From Octopus sinensis (Eukaryota), in NCBI RefSeq assembly GCF_006345805.1, contig NW_021831854.1, forward strand, positions 34,635 to 98,634: a stretch of 64,000 nt of DNA. Direction: 5' to 3'. A program made the translations under genes and the position numbers. Below, one piece after another: positions 14,184 through 24,329 of this stretch (position 1 is the stretch's first letter; each line of letters starts with the position of its first letter). The notes under the pieces are model-generated. The model did no database searches and had not been told where the DNA came from. It saw nothing but the letters and a program-made list of their open reading frames with translations.

Positions 14184-15605
14184 ATGCGTGTGTGCGCGTA
14201 CCTGTGCGTACCTGTGTGTGCATGTGTGTACCTGTGTGTGCATATGTGTGTGTGTGTGCATGTGTGTGTGTGTGTGCATGTGTGTGTGTGTGCATGTATG
14301 TGTGTGCATGTGTGTGTGTACATGTGTGTGTGTGTGCATGTGTGTGTGTGCATGTGTGTGTGTGTGTGCATGTGTGTGTGTGCGCTTGTGTGTGTGTGTG
14401 CATGTGTGTGTGTGCATGTGTGTGTGTGCATGTGTGTGTGTGCATATGTGTGTGTGCATGTGTGTGTGCGCGCTTGTGTGTGTGTGTGCATGTGTGTGTG
14501 TGTGCATGTGTGTGTGCATGTGGTGTGTGCATTGTGTGTGTGTGCATGTTGTGTGTGCATGTGTGTGTGTGCATGTGTGTGTGTGCATGTGTGTGTGTGC
14601 ATGTGTGTGTGTGCATGTGTGTGTGTGCGCTTGTGTGTGTGTGTGCATGTGTGTGTGCATGTGTGTGTGCATGTGTGTGTGTGCATGTGTATGTGTGCAT
14701 GTGTGTGCATGTGTGTGTGTGCATGTGTGTGTGCATGTGTGTGTGTGTGTATGTGTGTGTGTGCATGTGTGTGTGTGTGCAGGTGTGTGTGTGTGCATGT
14801 GTGTGTGTGCATGTGTGTGCATGTGTGTGTGTGCATGTGTGTGTGCATGTGTGTGTGTGCATGTGTGTGTGTGGTCCATGTGTGTGTGTGTGTGCATGTT
14901 GTGTGTGTGTGTATGTGTGTGTGCATGTGCGTGTGCATGTGTGTGTGTGCATGTGTGTGTGCATTGTGTGTGTGCATGTGTGTGTGCATGTGTGTGTGCA
15001 TGTGTGTGTGCATGTGTGTGTGCATGTGTGTGCATGTGTGTGCATGTATGTGTGCAATGTGGTGTGGATGTGTGGTGTGTGCATGTGTGTGTGCATGTGT
15101 GTGTGGTGTGGTGCATGTGTGTGCATGTGTGTGTGTGCATGTGTGTGTGTGTGCATGTGTGTGTGTGCATGTGTGTGTGTGTGCATGTGTGTGTGTGTGC
15201 ATGTGTGTGCAGTGTGTGTGTGCATGTGGGTGGCATGTGTGGTGTGTGTGCATGTGTGTGTGCATGTCTGTGTGCATGTGTGTGTGTGCATGTGTGTGTG
15301 TGCATGTGTGTGTGTGCATGTGTGTGTGTTTGCATGTGTGGTGTGCATGTTTGTGGTGTTGTGTTGTGTGTGTGCATGTGTGTGTGTGTTGTGCATGTGT
15401 GTGTGTGCATGTGTGTGTGCATGTCTGTGTGCATGTGTGTGTGTTCATGTGTGTGTGTGCATGTGTGTGTGCATGTCTGTGTGCATGTGTGTGTGTGCAT
15501 GTGTGTGTGTGCATGTGTGTGTGTGCATGTGTGTGTGTTTGCATGTGTGTGTGTGCATGTGTGTGTGTGCATGTGTGTGTGCATATGTGTTCATGCGTGT
15601 GTATG
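14184..15605. repeat. (CA(TG)n)n alternating purine-pyrimidine satellite, 1.4 kb
   Basis: Direct reading: CATGTGTGTGTG-like units of variable length. Confidence 0.96.
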
Positions 15606-15764
15606 TGTGCGCTGTTGCTCTTTGTTGGTTTGTTTGTTGAGCGAACGTGGTCCTTTGCTATTCATAAGAACCGCAGAAGAGAAAGCAGGTCAACCCCGCG
15701 ACACCGAGAGCATCGACGGATGTATGAATGCACCTCCAGGCCTAGCGATTGCGTAGGAAGTCGG

Positions 15765-15950
15765 GGCACAAGAAACAGAAAGAAAGAGTGAGAGAAAGTT
15801 GGAGCGAAAGAGTACAACAGGGATCGCCACCACCCCCTGCCGGAGACTCGTGGAGCTTTAGGTGTTTTCGATCAATAAACACACATAATGCCCGGTCTGG
15901 GAATCGAAACCGCGAGTCCGCTGCCCTATCCACTGGGCCATTGCACCTCC
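15765..15950 (-). mobile_element. tRNA-derived SINE family B, 5' half
   Basis: Reverse complement of the 5' half of 15992-16374. Confidence 0.8.
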
Positions 15951-15991
15951 ACTCTGTTGCAGTGGACACTAGCGGTTGTTAATATTTTCAT

Positions 15992-16374
15992 AGGAGGCGC
16001 AATGGCCCAGTGGTTATGGCAGCGGACTCGCGGTCATAGGATCGCGGTTTCGATTCCCAGACCGGGCGTTGTGAGTGTTTATTGAGCGAAAACACCTAAA
16101 AGCTCCACGAGGCTCCGGCAGGGGATGGTGGTGATCCCTGCTGTACTCTTTCACCACAACTTTCTCTCACTCTTACTTCCTGTTTCTGTTGTACCTGTAT
16201 TTCAAAGGGTCAGCCTTGTCACTCTCTGTGTCACGCTGAATATCCCCGAGAACTACGTTAAGGGTACACGTGTCTGTGGAGTGCTCAGCCACTTACACGT
16301 TAATTTCACGAGCAGACTGTTCTGTTGATCGGATCAACCGGAACCCTCATCGTCGTAACCGATGGAGTGCTTCC
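15992..16374 (+). mobile_element. tRNA-derived SINE family B, full length
   Basis: A-box-like TGGCCCAGTGGTTA and B-box-like GGTTTCGATTCCC; the same ~380 bp body recurs at 58949-59325, 61923-62298 and in several minus-strand partial copies. Confidence 0.88.
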
Positions 16375-16420
16375 ATATATATGTATATATATATATATTT
16401 TTTCTTTTTTTTTTTTTTCC

Positions 16421-16810
16421 TTGTTTCAGTCATTTGACTGTGGCCATGCTGGAGCACCGCCTTTAATCGAGCAACTCGACCCCGGGACTTATTCTTTTGT
16501 AAGCCCAGTACTTATTCTATCGGTCTCTTTTGCCGAACCACTAAGTGACGGGGACGTAAACACACCAGCATCGGTTGTCAAGCAATGCTAGGGGGACAAA
16601 CACACACACACACACAAACATATACACACATATATATACATATATACGACGGGCTTCTTTCAGTTTCCGTCTACCAAATCCACTCACAAGGCTTTGGTTG
16701 GCCCGGGGCTATAGCAGAAGACACTTGCCCAAGATGCCACGCAGTGGGACTGAACCTGGAACCATGTGGTTGGTTAGCAAGCTACTTACCACACAGCCAC
16801 TCCTGCGCCT
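16421..16810 (-). mobile_element. tRNA-derived SINE family A (internal TA/CA microsatellite)
   Basis: Head GGCGCAGGAGTGGCTGTGTGGTAAG...GGTTCAGTCCC and tail GCTCCAGCATGGCCACAGTCAAATGACTGAAACAAG; at least 8 copies in the window. Confidence 0.9.
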
Positions 16811-16914
16811 ATATATATATATAAATGAAAAAAAACCCACCTTTTATCAATTCAATAATGAAAAATTAAATTATACGCGTACGCTTCACGTAGTTCTCAT
16901 GGTGATTCAGCATT

Positions 16915-17098
16915 ACACAGAATGTGACAAAGGTTGGCCCCTTTTAATTACAGGTACTACTCATTTTTGCCAGCTGAGTGGACTGAAGCAACGTGAAATA
17001 AAGTGTCTTGCTCAAGGACACAACGCGCCGCCGGGAATAGAACACGGGATCTTACCATTTTGAGACGAATACCATAACTACTGAGCCACGCACCTTCA
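16915..17098 (-). mobile_element. tRNA-derived SINE, CORE-like body, partial
   Basis: Minus strand GTGGCTCAGTAGTTATGG...GTTGTGTCCTTGAGCAAGACACTTTATTTCACGTTGCTTCAGTCCACTCAGCTGGC; related segments at 47230-47450 and 17376-17500. Confidence 0.75.
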
Positions 17099-17304
17099 CA
17101 CACACACACACGCTCATAAATATATGTGTATGTATATACATATATATATATATATTTATATACACGCACACATGGTATTGTATACGTGTATTCATAACTC
17201 TGCATTTATTTATATGGGTGGGTGTGTATGTGTATTGTGTATGTATGTGTGTATGTGTCACGTGGTTGCGCACGTGAGTGTGTTTGTGTATGTATATTTA
17301 TATG

Positions 17305-17349
<45 letters not shown>

Positions 17350-17375
17350 TACAATATATATATATAAATATATAT

Positions 17376-17705
17376 GGCGCGTGGCTCAGTGGTTAGAGCG
17401 TCGAGCTTACGATCGTGAGGTTGTGAGCTCGAATCCCGGACCGGGCTGCGAGTTGTGTTCTTGAGCAAGACACTTTATTTCACGTTGCTCCAGTTCACTC
17501 AACTGTAGAAATGAGTTGCGACGTCACAGGTGCCAAGCTGTATCGGCCCTTGCCTTTCCCTTGGACAACATCGGTGACGTGGAGAGGGGAGGCCGGTATG
17601 CATGGGCGACTGCTGGTCTTCCATAAAACAACCTTGCCTAGACTGGTGCCTTAGAGGGTAACTCTCTAGGTGCAAACCCATGGTCAGTGTCTGACCGAAG
17701 GGTGT
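17376..17705 (+). mobile_element. tRNA-derived SINE family C
   Basis: GGCGCGTGGCTCAGTGGTTAGAGC...GCTCGAATCCC head; the body recurs at 30925-31248 (+) and 60410-60607 (-). Confidence 0.85.
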
Positions 17706-17845
17706 CACCACCAACATATATATATATATGTATATATATATGTATATATGTATATGTATATATGTATATATATTATATGTATATTATATATATATAATAT
17801 ATATGTATATATATATATATATATATATTATATATGTATATATAT

Positions 17846-17878
<33 letters not shown>

Positions 17879-18045
17879 TATGAATAAAAAATGGAGTAAC
17901 GCAGATTCAAACAAGTATTTTTACTTTCTACATATGTTTCAAAAATTCCACTGATACTTATTCAAAAGAATAAAAGGTATAAACAATGCAATCTTCTCTT
18001 CATTCATTTATCCGTGTAAATGGTTAACAAGGTAAAATACACTCA

Positions 18046-18100
<55 letters not shown>

Positions 18101-18101
18101 A

Positions 18102-18152
<51 letters not shown>

Positions 18153-18159
18153 ATATATA

Positions 18160-18560
18160 GGCGCAGGAGTGGCTGTGTGGTAAGTAGCTTGTTTACCAGC
18201 CACATGGTTTCGGGTTCAATCCCACTGCGTGGCACCTTGGGCAAGTGTCTTCTACTATAGCCTCGGGCCGACCAAAGCCTTGTGAGTGGATTTGGTAGAC
18301 GGAAACTGAAAGAAGCCTGTCGTATATATGTATATATATATATATATGCGTGTGTGTGTTTGTGTGTCTGTATTTGTCCCCCTAGCATTGCTTGACAACC
18401 GATGCTGGTGTGTTTATGTCCCCGTTACTTAGCGGTTCGGCAAAAATGACCGATAAAATAAGTACTGGGCTTACAAAAGTATAAGTCCCGGGGTCGAGTA
18501 GCTCGATGAAAGGCGGTGCTCCAGCATGGCCGCAGTAAAATGACTGAAACAAGTAAAAAG
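18160..18560 (+). mobile_element. SINE family A, full length, in (TA)n
   Basis: Same head and tail as 16421-16810. Confidence 0.9.
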
Positions 18561-18582
18561 AAAAAAAAGAAAGAAAGAAAAA

Positions 18583-18616
<34 letters not shown>

Positions 18617-18685
18617 TGATAAAACGGTAAGATAACAAAAGAAAGAAAGAGACCTCAATATTATGTAAATAGAGGAAATTTATCT

Positions 18686-18897
18686 ATACAATATGTTACA
18701 TTACTCGGTAGTCAAGATAAAACTCTGAGTTTCAGATACCGAAGTGGAAATCCACAACACCATCTCTTCGGTTATCTGGCTATTTCGGTTATCTGGCTAT
18801 TTAAATAGCCAGATAACCGAAGAGATGGTTTTGTGGATTTCCACTTCGGCATCTGAAATCAGAGTTTTATCTTGACTACCGAGTTATGTAACATATT
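18686..18897. repeat. Near-perfect palindrome, ~100 bp arms, centred on CTATTTAAATAG
   Basis: ACAATATGTTACATTACTCGGTAGTCAAGATAAAACTCTG... is the reverse complement of ...CAGAGTTTTATCTTGACTACCGAGTTATGTAACATATTGT; the left arm carries a 17-bp tandem duplication near the apex. Confidence 0.92.
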
Positions 18898-18915
18898 GTA
18901 TATATATATATATAT

Positions 18916-18976
<61 letters not shown>

Positions 18977-19005
18977 ATATTATATATACATATATATATA
19001 TATAA

Positions 19006-19253
19006 ATATGAAAAATCAACGAAAATGCATATTGCAAATAGAAAAAGGCTATTTATGACAGGTGTCGACAAATATATACACATTTAGATTGACTGAGGTA
19101 GTAATACAAGTCATAAAAGGCATTATTATGGATGATTATAAGATATGATTCGTATTACTACCTCAATCAATCTAAATGTGTATATATTTGTCGTCACCTG
19201 TCATAAATAGACTTTTTCTATTTGCAATATGCATTTTCGTTGATTTTTCATAT
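19006..19253. repeat. Palindrome, ~105 bp arms with ~30 bp loop
   Basis: ATATGAAAAATCAACGAAAATGCATATTGCAAATAGAAAAAG... pairs with ...CTTTTTCTATTTGCAATATGCATTTTCGTTGATTTTTCATAT. Confidence 0.92.
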
Positions 19254-19337
<84 letters not shown>

Positions 19338-19540
19338 GTATATGTATATTAGGGAGTATATTAGGGAGTATATCCAAACTTATAGTCGAGCAAATCGACC
19401 TCAGAGCTTATTCTTGGTAAAACAACGATCTATATGTATATATAGTACTTATTCTATCGTTCTCTTTTGCCGAACCGCTAAGATGGTGGGGGACAAACAG
19501 ACGCACAAACAGGAATCACACACACACACACACACACATT

Positions 19541-19577
<37 letters not shown>

Positions 19578-19739
19578 TGTACTCTGTGTCAACCAATATT
19601 CTGTGCATGTTTGAATATACAGATACAATACCAATACCAATATCAATTCCTTCTGGAAACTATCTTCAGCATGTCCTTGAGAATGATTATTTGTCTAGTA
19701 ATCTTTTGTGCCCAATATTTTAAGGAACTTGTTGAACTT

Positions 19740-20241
19740 TTTTATGTCCTTAACATGTCCCTGTTACCAAAGACTGTATACATGTAATGTAGCAATTTGT
19801 AACAACCAATAATTAACGCAACCAAACTTCTACATGTTACTTTTGACAATCTTTTTCCAAAGAGTGAAACCGGTAAAGTAAATAAACATCTTTTAAAATT
19901 GCATTTTCAAAATTTCTTTCGTATATAATTCCCCTCGTGCGGTACCCTACAACTCCACTTTGTTATATATATATATATGAACTTTGTAATATTTTCTCAA
20001 AATTTTTCCTTGTAAACTGTTTTAACATTTTTCGTATATATATATATATATATATATATATACGAAAGAAGGTTTGAAAATGCAATCTTAAAAGATATTT
20101 ATTCACTTGACCAGTTTCACTTTTTTAGAAAAAGATTGTCAAAAGTAACATGTAAAAGCTTTGTTGTGTAAGGTACAGGTTGTCACAAAATATTACAATA
20201 CATATATACAGTCTTTGATAATAATAAGAACATGTTAAAAA

Positions 20242-20245
<4 letters not shown>
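19740..20245. repeat. Older, more diverged inverted repeat, ~180 bp arms
   Basis: ACATGTTACTTTTGACAATCTTTTTC...TTGCATTTTCAAA...TTTCGTATATA pairs with TATATACGAAAG...TTTGAAAATGCAA...GAAAAAGATTGTCAAAAGTAACATGT. Confidence 0.8.
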
Positions 20246-20287
<42 letters not shown>

Positions 20288-20289
20288 AA

Positions 20290-20832
20290 TAAAATATTAG
20301 GGAATAAATCCAAACTTACAGGGAAAATCAGATTTAGGATTGAATCCAATTTTATAGTAAAATATTATATTTTATTAAATTAGAGATAAAACCACTATTA
20401 GGCAATTCAAACAATGAAAAACTTAAGCCAATACATCAATATAATTAATTTATATTATTTTAAATATATATCAAAATTATTAATAGTTTAATAAAAGATA
20501 ATGAGTAAAACACCACGATCACTTCATGGCTGTCCAATTCGTAATAATTCGAGTTATGGTTACAGTCAATCTTCAGGTGATTGAAATATTTATCTTAGCG
20601 AGGTTTAGCAAGATAAATATTTCAATCACCTGAAGATTGACTGTAACCACAACTCGAATTATTACGAATTGGACAGCCATGAAACGATCGTAGTGTTTTA
20701 CTCATTATCTTTTATTAACTTTTAATAATTTTGATATATATATATAAAATAATATAAATTAATTAATTTTATGTATTGGCTTAAGTTTTTCATTGTTTGA
20801 TTTGCCTAATAGTGGTTTTATTTCTAATTTAA
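20290..20832. mobile_element. Palindromic AT-rich element (arms ~220 bp) with hammerhead-like motif; shorter relative at 52900-53217, fragments at 23762-23805 and 57690-57737
   Basis: AAATTAGAGATAAAACCACTATTAGGC... pairs with ...GCCTAATAGTGGTTTTATTTCTAATTT; apex near 20600. Confidence 0.85.
20624..20698 (+). ncRNA. Type I hammerhead-ribozyme-like motif (extended stem II)
   Basis: AATCAC-CTGAAGA-[TTGACTGT...ACAGCCAT]-GAAAC-GATC-GTA-GTGTTT: intact CUGAnGA/GAAA core, self-complementary stem III ACGATCGT, GUA cleavage triplet, stem I CAC/GTG. The first stem II pair is a T-T mismatch. Confidence 0.45.
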
Positions 20833-20957
20833 TATATATATATATATATATTATATATTATATATTATATATATATATTCAAAATGTGACCGCATATGTA
20901 CCGTTGGCAATTTTTTTCCCTCTGTCTTCCCTTCTCTGGACCTTTCCTTCTCCTATG

Positions 20958-20990
20958 TTTCTGACGAAGAGCTCCGCTCGAAACGTTAAA
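20958..20990 (+). ncRNA. Minimal hammerhead-like motif of PLE type
   Basis: TTT-CTGACGA-A-GAGC-TCC-GCTC-GAAACGTT-AAA; homologous motif at ~30716-30748 on the minus strand (CTGTAGAAGAGCATAGGCTCGAAACGTAAAA). Confidence 0.45.
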
Positions 20991-21092
20991 TCCTCCTTCT
21001 TCCCTTCCTTCCTGAGCGTCCAATAATACTATATTTGTTCCACGTCCTCGCGTTGTTGTGTTTTCTCTTTGTGTTTTCATGTTTGGATTAAC

Positions 21093-21126
<34 letters not shown>

Positions 21127-21135
21127 ATATATATA

Positions 21136-22270
21136 TACGAGGGGCGTTCAATAAGTAATTCCCCTGACCCACTTCCCATAGCAGTAGAGCAACGAAACTT
21201 GGCACAATTATTAGTCTTTTTCTACATAGGAACCACCCAGAGTTACGCATTTCTCCCATCGTTTGATGCGGCTCTGGAGACCGTTTTTGTAGAAGAACCC
21301 ATCTTGGTCCTCCAACCTCAACGTGACTTCAGAAATCAAGGCTGCATCATCTGGGAAACGCTTTCCTTTCAAAAACAACTTCATGATTGGGAAGAGGTGA
21401 AAATCAGAGGGTGCAAGGTCAGGAAAGTAGGGGGGATGGGGAGGAGTTCATAGCCATACGCCTGTGCTTCTGATCTGGCGAGAAGCGTGTTGTGGACCGG
21501 AGCGTTGTCCTGCAGGAGGAGGATGCCTTTGCTGATCTTGCCCCGCCTCTTGATTTTGATAACTTCTCTTAATTTCCTCAAAAGTGAAGCATTATAGGCT
21601 CCGGCAATTGTGGTACCCTTTGCCAGGAAATCTGTCATCACTACTCCGTTCTGGTCCCAGAAGACTGTGAGCATGACCTTGCCAGCGGAGGGCTGCACCC
21701 TTGCCTTCTTTGGAGGGGGTGAGTCACGGTGCTTCCACTGCATTGACTGCGCTTTGGTCTCTGGATCATCGTGATGGACCCAGGTTTCATCCTGTCTAAT
21801 CAGTCTTTTGAAAAATTTTGACTCATCTTCTTGGCACATCTCCAAATTCACCCTCGAGCACTCGACGCGTTCTTGCTTCTGGAAAGGCGTGAGCAACCTG
21901 GGAATCCATCTGGCAGACACCTTTTGCATATGCAAATGGTCATGAATGATAGTTTCCACAGACCCGGTACTAATCTTGACCTCATGGGCTATTTGGCGAA
22001 TAATTATGCGTCGATCTTCCAAAATGGCAGCCTCAACTTGACGGACAGATGCCTCATCAATGGCAGAAGGGGGCGGCCAGATCTGGGAGCTGTTTCCACA
22101 GAGTTCCGACCATGTTTGAATTCACGATGCCAGCGTTTTACAAGGTCATATGATGGGGCATCATCGCCATAAGTTACTTTCATTTCATCAAAAGTCTCCC
22201 GTGGTGTGCGTCCTTTCAAATACAAAAACCAGATCACTGCTCGACACTCAACAGGCTCCATTTCACACAT
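21136..22270 (-). mobile_element. mariner transposon (irritans-like, D,D34D), one TIR missing
   Basis: TA + TIR CGAGGGGCGTTCAATAAGTAAT at 21138; transposase pieces CRAVIWFLYLKG...RSGRP, WIPRLLT, DETWVHH, KVMLTVFWD, QDNAPVH, PDLAPSDFHLFP, ending GGSYVEKD* at ~21211; about two frameshifts. Confidence 0.92.
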
Positions 22271-22309
22271 ATATGAATATGCGGGTGTATGTATATATAT
22301 ATATATGTA

Positions 22310-22590
22310 TATGTATAAGTGAGAGTCTCCTTATTTACCTAAAACTCTATTTTTCTATTTTTTCTTTCATTCTTTTATTTATTCTTTTATCTACTTTACC
22401 ACCGATTCCTTTGACCACTTCCCTAAGGAATGATAGTTTTGCGCCATGCCTACCCCCAAAAAGTCCCCCACTTCACCCCTTTAAACCTGCCTAAATGTAT
22501 AAATGCCAAAACAACTCTTGTCAACTAGCTTCCTGATGATTTCTTTTGAATTAAACAGTTCTAGTCCTGTAGAAGCTCGTTCTATATAAT
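22310..22590 (+). mobile_element. Solo terminal segment of the PLE-like family that builds the 31.9-41.8 kb palindrome
   Basis: GTATAAGTGAGAGTCTCCTTATTTACCTAAAACTC...CCTGATGATTTCTTTTGAATTAAACAGTTCTAGTCCTGTAGAAGCTC matches 36230-36530 and 41415-41715. Confidence 0.75.
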
Positions 22591-22594
22591 AAAA

Positions 22595-22636
<42 letters not shown>

Positions 22637-23030
22637 TGTGTGTGTGTGTGTGTGTGCATTTAGGTGCAATGTTGCATGAATAATGGCTACATAAAAAACT
22701 ACTATTAATATTTTTTTTAGGAAGGGTGTGAAGTTAGTCCATTGTCAAGAGTTAAATAAGCTCCGAATATGATGAACAAACAAATATATTTATGCTGACA
22801 TCATCTAACCGAACGTTGCATTCATTGTTGGTAACAATAGCTGTGGGCAGGGTGAGTTTTATTGAAATTCGCTATTATAATCTGCTGTGTTTGGTTTTGG
22901 TGTTTTGCACTTGAAGTCCTTCACTGTGGTTTGGTTAGCGATTAAACTACACCTTGTTGAACAAACATACATGCATTCACACACCAGAATAAATACATAA
23001 ATTAATTAATAAATAAATGAATTAATTATT

Positions 23031-23064
<34 letters not shown>

Positions 23065-23284
23065 ATATATATAATATATATATTATATATAGATATATAT
23101 ATATATATATATAAGAATGGTTGTATACTGTCAATCTAACAAGAACGTGACAGTAGGGGGTACACCACCGCTATATAGCCCTAGGAAGCATCGAACGCCT
23201 CCTGATGGCTTTGACACATTTTCCCCTGTGTCCTTATATTCATTTACGAAGGGGAGACAAACACCCCCGGCTGCCGGAACTGCA

Positions 23285-23329
23285 TCTAGGGACACGTGTT
23301 TCAGGATCGTTGTCCTTCATCGGCCTAGA
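23285..23329 (-). ncRNA. Type I hammerhead ribozyme candidate (best in window)
   Basis: Minus strand TCTAGG-CCGATGA-AGGA(CAACGA)TCCT-GAAAC-ACGT-GTC-CCTAGA: 6-bp stem I, 4-bp stem II, palindromic stem III ACACGTGT and a GUC site. The only core deviation is U4 to C. Confidence 0.62.
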
Positions 23330-23702
23330 GTAGCAGACACCGGTCAGCTGGTGATATTTGCCTCGACTTCGTAATTGTATATATCTATATTCAGTGAAGT
23401 CTATTCACTGATTATCAAAATAAGAAATAAGAATAAGAATAAGAAATTAGAATATATATTATATATATATATTATATATATAATATATAATATATATATA
23501 TTTATGCATACGTATATTAGGGAGTATATTAGGGAGTATATCCAAACTTATAGTCGAGCAAATCGACCTCAGAGATTATTCTTGTAAAACAACGATCTAT
23601 ATGTATATATAGTACTTATTCTCGTTCTCTTTTCGCGCTAAGATGGTGGGGGACAAACAGACGCCCAAACACACACACACACATTTAAATATATATATAT
23701 AG

Positions 23703-23760
<58 letters not shown>

Positions 23761-23927
23761 ATCACTGTTTGAGTTGCCTAATAGTGGTTTTATCTCTAAT
23801 TTAATTAGAAAATTATATAAATATATATATCACGTGATCACGTGACCGAGAAGACCATCAGATGTTGCTACACATCGCTGGTCACGATGCGTTCGCATTG
23901 TTTTAGCTTTCGAATGACCCCACCCCA

Positions 23928-24135
23928 CTGGCTAAGCGAGAAGGCCAACAGAAGAAAGAGTGAGAGAAAGAGTGGTGAAGGAGTACAGCAGGGATCACCA
24001 CCCCCTGCCAGAGCCTCGTGGAGCTTTACGTGTTTTCGCTCAATAAACACGCACAACGCCCGGTCTGGGAATCGAAACCGCGATCCTATGACCGCGAGTC
24101 CGCTGCCCTAACCACTGGGCCATTGCCCCTCCACA
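23928..24135 (-). mobile_element. SINE family B, 5' half
   Basis: Reverse complement of the family B head and body. Confidence 0.8.
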
Positions 24136-24141
24136 CAGACA

Positions 24142-24284
<143 letters not shown>

Positions 24285-24329
24285 TATATATATATGCATA
24301 TTATATATATGCATATATATATATATATA

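Noticed and set aside
14045-14190. Minus-strand exon candidate with TACTAAC
   Set aside because: The branch-point-like word is only ~5 nt from the AG, there is no pyrimidine tract, and the peptide is unrecognisable.
17376-17450. tRNA-like sequences at SINE heads (also 15992, 18160, 44727, 58949, 63492)
   Set aside because: A and B boxes are present, but each continues into a repeated SINE body with tail or TSD and lacks a clean cloverleaf; these are not tRNA genes.
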